Origin: an uncultured Erysipelotrichaceae bacterium
GTDB taxonomy: Bacteria > Bacillota_I > Bacilli_A > RFN20 > CAG-826
Assembly: GCA_900314585.1 (NCBI GenBank)
Contig: OMVV01000001.1
Location: 8,613-72,612 of the forward strand
Direction of reading: 5' to 3'
DNA length: 64,000 bases
Part shown: one piece after another, positions 8,076-17,542 of the stretch
How positions within the stretch are numbered: position 1 is the stretch's first letter
Layout of the letters: every line of letters starts with the position of its first letter
The notes under the pieces: generated by a model
What the model was told of the DNA's origin: nothing
The model's database searches: none
The model's input: the letters and a program-made list of their open reading frames with translations, nothing else
Program-made: the position numbers and the translations under genes

Positions 8076-9432
8076 GTTTAATATTCTTTTCTAAATCAGC
8101 GATATTGCCATTATTTAAAATAATGCATGTCGCTTTTTCTTTATTTTTAAGGTTGAAGGAATTGTTTATTAACAATGTTTCATCAAAGTTTTTATCGCGT
8201 AGTTTGAGACGCTCTTTTTGGACGTTATTTGCGATATCAACGTAAATTATTTCGTCAGCAAAGTCATCAAGGTGAGATTCAAACAATAACGGGACTTCCA
8301 TTACTACATCCTTTTTCGACTTCTTGATTTCATCAATGATAACTTCGCTCACTAAAGAATGAACGTATTTTTCTAAACGAGGTTTCTTGTTTGGATTATC
8401 CAAAAGATACTTCCTTAAAAAGTCTCGATCGATATCTCCATTTTTAATCTTTAATTCTGGGATAAACTTTTTGATTCCATTTTGAACCGATTTTTCTTTA
8501 TATAAGTTATGGGTTATTTCATCAGCACTTAAGCAGTTATAACCGAGCTTTTTAAATATATTTAAACAAGTTGATTTTCCTGAACCGATTGGGCCAGTGA
8601 TTGCAATGACATGTTTAATAGCAGGATTCTTTTGACAATTTGGGCAATAGGTTGTGCCTCTTCCGCCAACAAAGATTTTACGTAAGTGGTGGCCGCAGCG
8701 TGGACATGACAAATCTTTCTTGCCATACACCTTAAGTGAAACTTGGAAGTTTCCTGAGACACCTTCTTTTGGGTGATATGACTTAATTGTGCTTCCACCT
8801 TGTTTAATTGCATCGTTGAGAATAGATTTTGACGCTTTTAGAACATCTTCAAGTTGATCTTCGTTAACTAGTTTAGCGGGGGTTTCTGGGTGAATTTCAC
8901 AATCAAATAAGACTTCATCAACATATATGTTGCCTAGTCCAGACATCACGCTTTGGTCAAGTAAAGCAGTCTTAATGGGAATAGATTTATTTCTAAAAGC
9001 TTTCACAAGTCTAGATGCATCGTTCATTTCAAATGGGTTTGGACCAACTTTATTTAATGGTGGTTCGTTTAAATAATCTTTTTCATTTGAGATTTCTAAG
9101 ATTCCGAATTTTCTAGTGTCGTTATAAACAAGAGAATTACCATCGGTAAAGACTAATGCAGCAATATCGTGTTTTTTGTATGGTTCACTTTCTTTTCTTG
9201 AGAAATATTTGCCTTCCATTCTCAAATGAGAGATAAGAACAACGTTTTCACTAAGATGGAAAACAATAAATTTCCCAATTTGAGAGAAAGATTTGATCGT
9301 TTTGCCTACTAATTTTGAAGTATCACCAGTTACATTTTTCGCTCTTAAAACATCGACCCTTTTAATAGTCTTTCCTAGCGACAGGTCTTTTAAGACTTCA
9401 ATGACAGTGTGTACTTCTGGAAATTCAGGCAT
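8059..9432 (-). CDS. fusion protein: formamidopyrimidine-DNA glycosylase (MutM/Fpg) plus dephospho-CoA kinase (CoaE)
   Basis: N-terminus MPEFPEV, an H2TH region and zinc finger CPRCGHHL...YCPNCQ end near residue 270. This is followed directly by IAITGPIGSGKST (the CoaE P-loop) and a 185-aa kinase domain, with no stop or frameshift between them. Confidence 0.9.
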   Translation of the reverse strand: MPEFPEVHTVIEVLKDLSLGKTIKRVDVLRAKNVTGDTSKLVGKTIKSFSQIGKFIVFHLSENVVLISHLRMEGKYFSRKESEPYKKHDIAALVFTDGNSLVYNDTRKFGILEISNEKDYLNEPPLNKVGPNPFEMNDASRLVKAFRNKSIPIKTALLDQSVMSGLGNIYVDEVLFDCEIHPETPAKLVNEDQLEDVLKASKSILNDAIKQGGSTIKSYHPKEGVSGNFQVSLKVYGKKDLSCPRCGHHLRKIFVGGRGTTYCPNCQKNPAIKHVIAITGPIGSGKSTCLNIFKKLGYNCLSADEITHNLYKEKSVQNGIKKFIPELKIKNGDIDRDFLRKYLLDNPNKKPRLEKYVHSLVSEVIIDEIKKSKKDVVMEVPLLFESHLDDFADEIIYVDIANNVQKERLKLRDKNFDETLLINNSFNLKNKEKATCIILNNGNIADLEKNIKLIYGK

Positions 9433-9434
9433 AA

Positions 9435-12029
9435 TTATTTTGCATCATACCAAGTATGACCAAATCCTCCATCAACTTCTAATTTAGTTGGTAAATCCAT
9501 TGCATGTTCCATTATGTCTTTAACAAGTGGATAGACGATTTCTTTTTCGTCTTCAGGAACTTTGAATAATAATTCGTCGTGGATTTGTAGGATAAGTTTT
9601 GTTTTCAATTTGTGCTCTTTGAGAGCATTATCAACTTTAATCATTGCAATCTTGATTAAGTCAGCAGCGGTGCCTTGGATAGGCGCATTCATCGCAGCGC
9701 GTCTAGCGAATTCACGGACTTGATAATTCGCATCATGGACTTCGCGAAGATATCTTCTACGACCTAACAAGGTTGTAACATAACCATTCTTGGTAACTTC
9801 AGCAGTAATCTTTTGGAAATATTGAGCAATTTCTGGATACGCTTCATAAAATGAAGAAATGATTTGTTTAGCCTCTTTAACAGAGACACCAATTTGTTCA
9901 GAAAGCCCCCAATCCGAAATACCATAAATGATTCCAAAGTTAACAGCCTTTGCTCTGCGGCGTTCAGCATCGCTTGGATGTTCAACATGGAAGACATGAG
10001 CAGCAGTAGCGGCGTGAATATCTTCTCCAGATTCAAAGACATCTTGTAATTTTTTACAATTTGATAAGCTCGCCAAGATTCTTAATTCAATTTGTGAATA
10101 GTCCAAAGAAAGGATCGAATATTTATCGTCTTTGTAATAGAAAGCCTTACGAATCATCTTACCTTCTTCATCACGAACCGAAATATTCTGTAAGTTTGGT
10201 TCACTTGAAGATAACCTTCCGGTTTGAGTTAAGGCTTGATTAAATATCGCATGAATCTTTCCATCATCTCTAATATGACTGGATAAACCAGTGATATATG
10301 TAGATAGGAGCTTCGCATATTTTCTATATAATAGAATTTCACTTACAATCGGATGTTTATCTACTAAAAGCTTTAAAGCATCAACTGATGTAGAGTTTTT
10401 CTTTGAATTTGATAAACCTAATTTGGTGTAAAGAATATCGCCAACTTGCTTTGGAGAATCGATATTGAATTCTTCACCAGCTAACTCATAAATTCTCTTT
10501 TTAATGTTTTCGAGATTAACTTTGAAATTTTCACCCATCTTTTCTAAGACTTCGATATCGAGTGGGAAACCTTCAATTTCCATGTCGGCAAGGACGCTGG
10601 TAAGAGGGATTTCGACTTCTTGATATAATTTGCGACATTCAAGGCTGTCTAAATCAGATAATGCCTTGTTTGCGAACTTGTTAACGTAGTAAGCAATCTT
10701 AGCAGTTCTTTCTGGATCGGAGTTATCAAATAATGACATGGATTCATCCTTGCTTGAGGAAAGATTTGCACCAAAGTAGTGCATGATTGAATCGACATTA
10801 TTTGAAAGAGTTGAATCTAGAAGATAAGCCGCTAATAAAGCATCAAAATATAAGCCATCAATTTCTATGCCTTTGTGATGCAAAGCAACCTTGATTTGCT
10901 TAAAGTCGTAACAATACTTTTTAACATCTTTATTTTTCAAAATATCGAGCAATTCTCGATTATCTTTGAGATTTTCTACACGAATGTAATATAACTTGTT
11001 ATCGAGTAAAACGGCCATTCCATAGATAACTGCGTCGTTATAATTTCCTGGTTCAATATCAAGCGCTAACGCGATCTCTTTTGGGGCTGATTTAATCTCA
11101 AGTTTTGTAACTTCCTCGAAAGAAATGTTGTCGTTATTATCATCCTTTTTAAGTTTGGTTGGGATGCGATTTAAGAATTGTTTTAATTCGTATTTATTGC
11201 AGAAGGCTGCGACATCATTGAATGAATAACCTTCATAGACGAGATCTTTGGATGAGAATGGAAGTTCAACATCTGTTAAAATCTTTGCCATTTCATAGCA
11301 GTGGCGTCCTAAGTCGGCATTTTCAACGATTGATTCACCAACTTTTGATTTCATTGTTTTAGCAGCTTCAACAATCTTTTCAAAGCTACCGTATTCTTGG
11401 ATTAACTTAACAGCGGTTTTATCACCAACACCTGGAATACCTGGTAAGTTATCACTGTCGTCACCTCTTAAACCTTTGTAGTCAATGATTTGAAGTGGTG
11501 CAAAGCCATATAGTTCTGGCATAGTTGTTTCATTCATTACCAAGATGTTCGACATACCAGTTTTTAAGATATGGATTGAAATATGTTTATCAATAAGTTG
11601 TAAAAAGTCACGATCAGATGTGTAGACAATTACTTCGTAATTATCTTTTCCAAGCATCTTTGAAACAGTTCCACAAATATCGTCAGCTTCATAGCCTTCT
11701 TTTTCGAACATAAAGATATTTAAGGAACGAAGTAATTCCCTGACGATTGGCATTTGAATCTTTAAATCCTCAGGACATGGCTTACGATTTGCTTTATATT
11801 TTTCATCTTCTTTATGTCTAAAGGTGGCTTTGCCAGTATCAAAACCAACAAACAAAGCGTCACCTTCTTTTAATGATTGAAGGATTTTGTTAAGCATATT
11901 CGAAAAGGAAAATAAGGCATTGGTTGGAGTGCCATCTTTTGTGCGCATGATCTCATTGCCGCCATAGGCAGTCGCGTAATAAGCTCTAAAAAGTAATGAG
12001 TTGCCATCGATAACATATGCTTTATTCAT
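9435..12029 (-). CDS. polA: DNA polymerase I
   Basis: 5'-nuclease domain (LFRAYYA, GIPGVGDKTA). Pol A motifs DYSQIELR, RRAAKAVNFGIIYG and QIHDEL are present. Confidence 0.97.
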   Translation of the reverse strand: MNKAYVIDGNSLLFRAYYATAYGGNEIMRTKDGTPTNALFSFSNMLNKILQSLKEGDALFVGFDTGKATFRHKEDEKYKANRKPCPEDLKIQMPIVRELLRSLNIFMFEKEGYEADDICGTVSKMLGKDNYEVIVYTSDRDFLQLIDKHISIHILKTGMSNILVMNETTMPELYGFAPLQIIDYKGLRGDDSDNLPGIPGVGDKTAVKLIQEYGSFEKIVEAAKTMKSKVGESIVENADLGRHCYEMAKILTDVELPFSSKDLVYEGYSFNDVAAFCNKYELKQFLNRIPTKLKKDDNNDNISFEEVTKLEIKSAPKEIALALDIEPGNYNDAVIYGMAVLLDNKLYYIRVENLKDNRELLDILKNKDVKKYCYDFKQIKVALHHKGIEIDGLYFDALLAAYLLDSTLSNNVDSIMHYFGANLSSSKDESMSLFDNSDPERTAKIAYYVNKFANKALSDLDSLECRKLYQEVEIPLTSVLADMEIEGFPLDIEVLEKMGENFKVNLENIKKRIYELAGEEFNIDSPKQVGDILYTKLGLSNSKKNSTSVDALKLLVDKHPIVSEILLYRKYAKLLSTYITGLSSHIRDDGKIHAIFNQALTQTGRLSSSEPNLQNISVRDEEGKMIRKAFYYKDDKYSILSLDYSQIELRILASLSNCKKLQDVFESGEDIHAATAAHVFHVEHPSDAERRRAKAVNFGIIYGISDWGLSEQIGVSVKEAKQIISSFYEAYPEIAQYFQKITAEVTKNGYVTTLLGRRRYLREVHDANYQVREFARRAAMNAPIQGTAADLIKIAMIKVDNALKEHKLKTKLILQIHDELLFKVPEDEKEIVYPLVKDIMEHAMDLPTKLEVDGGFGHTWYDAK

Positions 12030-15000
12030 TTTCGAACTCCTTTATATCTACGAGCGAGTCAACACTTAACTCACGATTTTTCTTCATATATCCACTAATA
12101 ACCACTATGTGGTTCTTTTTTAATGCTTTCATTGATTTTAGATATGCTTCTGGGAAAAGAGTTATTTCAGTTTCACTGGATTCATCATAAACACTAACGA
12201 ATGCCATATTTTGACCTTTCTTAGTGATAATCTTACGAATATTCTTAATAATCGCGACAATCTTAACGTTTCCATTAGCGTCATCAAGTTGCTCAATTGA
12301 AATAGCTTTTAACTCTTTGATTTCTTTTTTGTATTTCTCGAGTGGTGAAGCTGACACCATCAAACCAAGAACTTGGAATTCTTTATTGAGGTTTTCAAGT
12401 AAATCATCTTCGACATATCTAAACTCTGGCTTCGGGTATAGTTTTGGATCGAAGGCTAATAAGCCTTGGTCATCTAAAGCAAAGGAAGCAAATGTTAATG
12501 CTGAGACAAGATTTATTCTTAACGATGCTCTTGACGGGGTGATTGAATCAAAACAACCTGCATCAATTAAATTGATGAGATTTGCGTTACTTAATTTGTA
12601 TTTACCCATTCGTAAAACGAAATCAAATAAGTCTTCAAATGGTTTATTATTTCTTTCTTCGATAATTTGTTTGGCAAGAGTAGATGAAATGCCTTTGATT
12701 GATATTAATGGGAATAGAATTTGATTGCCTTTGATCTTGAAAACTAATCCCGAATCGTTGATATCAGGGCAAATAATCTTAATTTTTGCCTTTTTCATTT
12801 CAGCGACAGTGTTATTAAATTCATTTGTTGAAGCATTCGATAAAATCGAAGCATAAAATTCAAGTGGATAATGAGCTTTTAGATAGGCCATTCTCATTGA
12901 GAAAATTGCGTAAACAAATGCGTGGCTACGGTTAAAACCGTAATCGGCGAATTTATAGATTAATTGATAGACTTTTGTAGCAACTTCCTTGCTATATCCG
13001 TTTTTAATGGAACCATCAATGAAGCTCTTTTCAGTTGCGGCAAGTTTAGCAGAATCCTTTTTGGAGATCGCTCTTCTAAAAATATCGGCTTGAGCAAGTG
13101 AAAATCCTGCCATCTTTGATGCAATTTGCATAACTTGCTCTTGATAAACGATTTGTCCATATGTAGGGGAAAGTATTTCTTCTAGAGCTGGAGCAATGTA
13201 TTTGATCTTTTGCCCGGTATTCTTGTACTTAGCGTACTCTTTGATGTTATCCATTGGACCTGGGCGATAAAGCGCAAGTAAGGCGACAACATCTTCAAAT
13301 GTTTTGATTTTGATAGTGTTGATCGCTTTACGCATTCCAGCAGATTCAAGTTGGAAAATACCCATCGTCTTTTCGCTAGCGATAACTTTAATTGCACCTG
13401 GATCATCATATGGAATTGAATCACGATCGATATTTATGCCTTTTTGCTTAAGCAAAGTAAGACAATCTTCGACGATTGTTAAATTGCGTAATGCGAGAAT
13501 ATCCATCTTGAGGAAGCCTTGTTCTTCAAGATAATCTTTTTCAAATTGTTCAACATATCCTCCATCAAATGCTGGTGATAATGGAATAACATTTTCAAGT
13601 GGATCGGCATTTAAAACGATACCAACCGCGTGTAAAGAGGCTTGTCTTGGAAATCCTTCGATCTTAGAAGCAAGACTTACAATTTGTAAATAGTATTTAT
13701 CATCATTAACTAATCGCTTAAAGTCGGCGCTAGTCTTATATATTTCTCTTAGGGATAGTTTTTCATCTCTCTCATCTTTGATTAGTTTGGTGAATAATTC
13801 GATATCATGTTGGTCATAACCAAAGATTTTGCCAACATCGTTTAAGGCTTGTTTAGCACCGATCTTTTGAATCGCCATAATACGAGCGACTTTGTCAGCG
13901 CCATATTTTTGTCTGATATAAGAAACAACATCTTCACGGTTAATATCGGAGAAGTCGACGTCGATATCTGGCATAGTTTGACGATGTTCATTTAAGAAAC
14001 GCTCGAAAAGAAGATTATTTTCAATTGGATCTGGAACTGTAATTCCTAATGCATATGAGACCAATGAGCCTGAAGCAGAGCCTCGACCTGGACCAACAGC
14101 GATATTATTCTTTTTCGCATAATCAACGTAGTCATGAACGATAAGGAAATAATCGCTATAACCCATCTTCTTAATTACATTAAGTTCGTAAGAAAGTCGA
14201 TCGATATACGGTTTTGAAACTTTATTAAGTTTCTTAAGATTATTTAGGGATAATTCTTTTAAATAATCATCGCTTGATAAACCTTTATCATTCACAAACG
14301 AAACAATCTTTCCACGTTGAGAGATGAGTTTGAAATTGATTGAATTAACTAATTCTTCACATTTTTTGATTTCTTCTGGTTTATATAAAGAAGCAACCTC
14401 TTCCTCACTGAGTAGATATTGTGGACCACTAGCTTCCTTTTCTTGAAGCACTTGTTTGGAAGCAATAGCTTCCATCATTTTTAAAATAATTGCATCTTCT
14501 TTCTTAACGTATTTAACATGTGGAAAAGCGATGGATTGGTAGCCATGGCTAAATGCGAATGAACGCATATCGTTAATGTAGGTGAGTTCGTCATTAACAT
14601 CTATGCCTAAATAGAAATCATCAATTCCACGAGCGAGTTTCGCCATCTTTTTAGGAAGCTCACTAAATTCACTGATGTATGCTCTTTTAATCGCATCGTT
14701 TTGAATTGAAAGAATAATCGCAAGACCTTCATTGTTTTCTTTAACAACTTTAAGGGAGAGACTTCTTTGTGAATTGTGGTGGTTGAGTTTTAAAAGATTT
14801 CGATAACCAATTTCGTTTTTGACAATAAAGGTTAGGAGAAGATTATCGAAATAAAAATCCTCACCGATAATTGGCTTGATGCCTTGCTTTTCACAAGCGT
14901 GGACAAATGATGGTCCGCCCGATAAAGATTCGAAATCAGAAATGCCTAATGACTTATATCCAAGTTTTTTCGCATTTGAAACATACTGGTCAATTTTTAG

Positions 15001-15054
15001 ACCAGATTTCTCAAACGAATAACCTGTATAAACATGTAGAGGCGTAAACGACAT
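12022..15054 (-). CDS. dnaE: DNA polymerase III alpha subunit DnaE
   Basis: PHP N-terminus FTPLHVYTGYSF, palm GPGRGSASGS and PDIDVDF. 1010 aa. The stop overlaps the polA start (ATGAATAA). Confidence 0.97.
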   Translation of the reverse strand: MSFTPLHVYTGYSFEKSGLKIDQYVSNAKKLGYKSLGISDFESLSGGPSFVHACEKQGIKPIIGEDFYFDNLLLTFIVKNEIGYRNLLKLNHHNSQRSLSLKVVKENNEGLAIILSIQNDAIKRAYISEFSELPKKMAKLARGIDDFYLGIDVNDELTYINDMRSFAFSHGYQSIAFPHVKYVKKEDAIILKMMEAIASKQVLQEKEASGPQYLLSEEEVASLYKPEEIKKCEELVNSINFKLISQRGKIVSFVNDKGLSSDDYLKELSLNNLKKLNKVSKPYIDRLSYELNVIKKMGYSDYFLIVHDYVDYAKKNNIAVGPGRGSASGSLVSYALGITVPDPIENNLLFERFLNEHRQTMPDIDVDFSDINREDVVSYIRQKYGADKVARIMAIQKIGAKQALNDVGKIFGYDQHDIELFTKLIKDERDEKLSLREIYKTSADFKRLVNDDKYYLQIVSLASKIEGFPRQASLHAVGIVLNADPLENVIPLSPAFDGGYVEQFEKDYLEEQGFLKMDILALRNLTIVEDCLTLLKQKGINIDRDSIPYDDPGAIKVIASEKTMGIFQLESAGMRKAINTIKIKTFEDVVALLALYRPGPMDNIKEYAKYKNTGQKIKYIAPALEEILSPTYGQIVYQEQVMQIASKMAGFSLAQADIFRRAISKKDSAKLAATEKSFIDGSIKNGYSKEVATKVYQLIYKFADYGFNRSHAFVYAIFSMRMAYLKAHYPLEFYASILSNASTNEFNNTVAEMKKAKIKIICPDINDSGLVFKIKGNQILFPLISIKGISSTLAKQIIEERNNKPFEDLFDFVLRMGKYKLSNANLINLIDAGCFDSITPSRASLRINLVSALTFASFALDDQGLLAFDPKLYPKPEFRYVEDDLLENLNKEFQVLGLMVSASPLEKYKKEIKELKAISIEQLDDANGNVKIVAIIKNIRKIITKKGQNMAFVSVYDESSETEITLFPEAYLKSMKALKKNHIVVISGYMKKNRELSVDSLVDIKEFENE

Positions 15055-15091
15055 ATAATTATTGTAACAATAATAAGACTCTACTTAAAGT

Positions 15092-15118
15092 AAAAAGGTA
15101 TCATTTTGACACCTTTTT
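15092..15118. terminator. symmetric hairpin terminator downstream of the nrnA-like gene
   Basis: AAAAAGGT-atcattttgac-ACCTTTTT. Confidence 0.6.
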
Positions 15119-15213
15119 AGTTAGCGATAGAAATGTTGTATTTTTAGTGGCAATTTATCTAACGGCAAATTACCAAGATTTTTTAAATATCATCGACAAA
15201 TCTCGAATATTTT

Positions 15214-16197
15214 TTATTTAAAGAGGGAATCAAGATCTTTGAGCAAATCTTGAAGCTCATCGAGATTTTTTAGCTTCAAACCACTCGCTTGAGCGTGGCC
15301 TCCGCCATTATATTTTTCAGCGATATGAGAGATATCGACACCGCCAGATCTAAGTGAAACTCTCCAGTTACCTTTTTTGACATCTTCAGTCACACTTAAC
15401 CAGGCATTAATGCCATCTAAATGAGCGAACAAATTGACGTTATCTTTTCCGCGAATTGCTGGAATATTGAAACGTTTGAGGGTCTCGTCATTAAGGATAT
15501 AATAGGCAACTCCATGTGGAGTGATTTGATAGTGGCGTAACACATAACCAGTTACTTCTAAATCTTCAAGTTTTTGGTTATACATTTCAGCATAGATTTC
15601 GGAGATTTTCATTCCACTTTCAAGTAGCTTTTGAGCGATATAGAAAGTGTGAACGGTGGTGGAATCATAAAGAAAACGACCAGAATCTCCAACAATAGCT
15701 TTATATAGATATGAAGCACATTCCTTCGAAACTTTATATTTCTTTGAGAATGAGTAGAACATATTTGCGACTAGTTCACCAGCCGCTGCCATCGATTCAT
15801 CAACGATGGAAATATCACCAAATGGTTCGACATCTGGGTGGTGGTCAATCTTAATCATAAAGTTCGCTTTTTTCGCGCGTTCATCACAGATTCTATCTAA
15901 ATTAGATAAATCTAAGATGATAGCAAGGAATGGATGAGCGAACCATTCATCAGTAATTTCTTCCATTTTTGGGAAGCATTGACCAGTTAATGTGACGTGA
16001 TTATCGCCAACATAAACAACACTTTTCTCAGGGAAGTTGTCACGTAAATAATGGACAAAACCCATTTGTGAACCTAAAGCGTCATAATCAGGATGGTCAT
16101 GACGGAAAATAGCGATGCGGTCATATTCTTTGATCTTCTTTAAGACCTCACCATATTTATGTTCGTAGGTTTGATTTCTTTCTTCTAATATATTCAT
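15214..16197 (-). CDS. DHH/DHHA1 phosphoesterase (NrnA-like oligoribonuclease / pAp phosphatase)
   Basis: Motifs HDHPDYDALGS, DHH (IKIDHHPD) and GGGHAQASG are present. Confidence 0.8.
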   Translation of the reverse strand: MNILEERNQTYEHKYGEVLKKIKEYDRIAIFRHDHPDYDALGSQMGFVHYLRDNFPEKSVVYVGDNHVTLTGQCFPKMEEITDEWFAHPFLAIILDLSNLDRICDERAKKANFMIKIDHHPDVEPFGDISIVDESMAAAGELVANMFYSFSKKYKVSKECASYLYKAIVGDSGRFLYDSTTVHTFYIAQKLLESGMKISEIYAEMYNQKLEDLEVTGYVLRHYQITPHGVAYYILNDETLKRFNIPAIRGKDNVNLFAHLDGINAWLSVTEDVKKGNWRVSLRSGGVDISHIAEKYNGGGHAQASGLKLKNLDELQDLLKDLDSLFK

Positions 16198-16199
16198 TT

Positions 16200-17396
16200 T
16201 TATTTCTTAAGGTAGTAAGCGTATGTATCTCGAGCGATCATCACTTCCTCATCGGTTGGGATAACTGCGACTTTAATCTTAGAATTAGGTGTGGAAAGCA
16301 AAGCTTCTTTACCTCTAATAGATGCGTTAAGCTTCTTGTCGATTTCAATTCCTAACGCTGGAGCGATTGCATCACAGATTTGTTCTCTGGTGATAGTGGA
16401 GTTTTCGCCGATACCAGCTGAGAAGATGATTAAATCTGCTCCACCAAGACGGACAAAATATTGTCCGATGAAGTCAGCGATACGTCTAACAAATAAACGA
16501 TTAGCGATAATCGCCTTTTTATTACCTTCTTCGCAAGCCTTTAAAACGTCACGTGAGTCATTCGAAACTTCAGAAACGCCCAAGAAACCAGATTTTTTAT
16601 TGAAGATTTGATACATTTCTTCAACTGATTTTCCAGTGCATTTGCAAAGGTAATTCATAACGGATGGATCAAGGTCTCCTGTGCGGGTACCCATCATAAT
16701 TCCACCTAAAGGCGTTAAACCCATGGATGTCGCGACACATTTACCATCTTTGACCGCGGTTAATGAGGCTCCTGAACCGATATGACAAATGATCATTTTT
16801 GGATGAGCGATGCCTTCACAATATTTAAGACCAACTTGGGATAAGTATTTGTGAGAAGTACCATGCGCTCCATAACGACGGCAATCATATTTTTCGGAGT
16901 ATTCGTATGGAATTGGGAATAGATAATCTTCTTCAGACATAGTCTGATGGAAGGCAGTATCAAAGACTGCAACGTTAACTGAATCAGGAAGAATCTTCTT
17001 AAACGCTCTAAAGCCAACTAAGTGAGCTTTGTTATGAAGCGGGGCGAGTGGAATCAACGATTCAATCTTGTCTTCGGTGTCTTTGTTAAATAGTTCTGAT
17101 TTGGAGAAATATTTACCACCTTGAACGATACGGTGACCGCATGCGACGATTTCATCCATTGATTTGACTATGCCTTTATCAATGAGTGCTTTAACTAATA
17201 ATTCAACAGCTGCTGCATGATCAAGAATTGGAAGAATGTTCTTTTCTTCTTGTCCATTCCACTTGATGCCAAAGATTGCATCCTCGTGACCAATGCGTTC
17301 AGCGTTTCCTGAACATAAGACTTTTTCTTCAGGCATTTCGTAAAGCTTGAATTTTAAGCTTGACGAACCTGCGTTAACTGCCATTACTTTTGCCAT
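16200..17396 (-). CDS. ackA: acetate kinase
   Basis: VMAVNAGSSSLKFKLY, HRIVQGG and IFSAGIGENS are present. Confidence 0.97.
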   Translation of the reverse strand: MAKVMAVNAGSSSLKFKLYEMPEEKVLCSGNAERIGHEDAIFGIKWNGQEEKNILPILDHAAAVELLVKALIDKGIVKSMDEIVACGHRIVQGGKYFSKSELFNKDTEDKIESLIPLAPLHNKAHLVGFRAFKKILPDSVNVAVFDTAFHQTMSEEDYLFPIPYEYSEKYDCRRYGAHGTSHKYLSQVGLKYCEGIAHPKMIICHIGSGASLTAVKDGKCVATSMGLTPLGGIMMGTRTGDLDPSVMNYLCKCTGKSVEEMYQIFNKKSGFLGVSEVSNDSRDVLKACEEGNKKAIIANRLFVRRIADFIGQYFVRLGGADLIIFSAGIGENSTITREQICDAIAPALGIEIDKKLNASIRGKEALLSTPNSKIKVAVIPTDEEVMIARDTYAYYLKK

Positions 17397-17542
17397 AAAA
17401 AGACCTCTTTTCGAGAAAAATTATAGTAAAAAGTGGATATATTTTCAATATAATTGAATAGCAAAATTCTCTATCGCGTTCCCCTGCGAGGTATGCGCTT
17501 ACCCGTGTAAAAGGGATAAAACCATGCTAAAATGTTCACATT

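Noticed and set aside
12224-12724. 166-aa ORF antisense to dnaE. Similar antisense or alternative-frame ORFs lie in thrS, the dnaB-like gene, polA, ackA, glgP, pheT (28772..29206), ftsZ (34902..35183), ileS, mutS2, potA (62958..63173) and others.
   Set aside because: All are fully contained within strongly supported conserved genes, and they have Ser/Leu/Ile-rich low-complexity translations typical of spurious frames in AT-rich DNA.
17440-17542. GC-rich patch (CGCGTTCCCCTGCGAGGTATGCGCTTACCCGTGTAAAAGGG) upstream of glgB, considered as a riboswitch or a cre site.
   Set aside because: I could not fold it into any riboswitch class I know, and there is no good cre (TGWAANCGNTNWCA) match. I left it unassigned.
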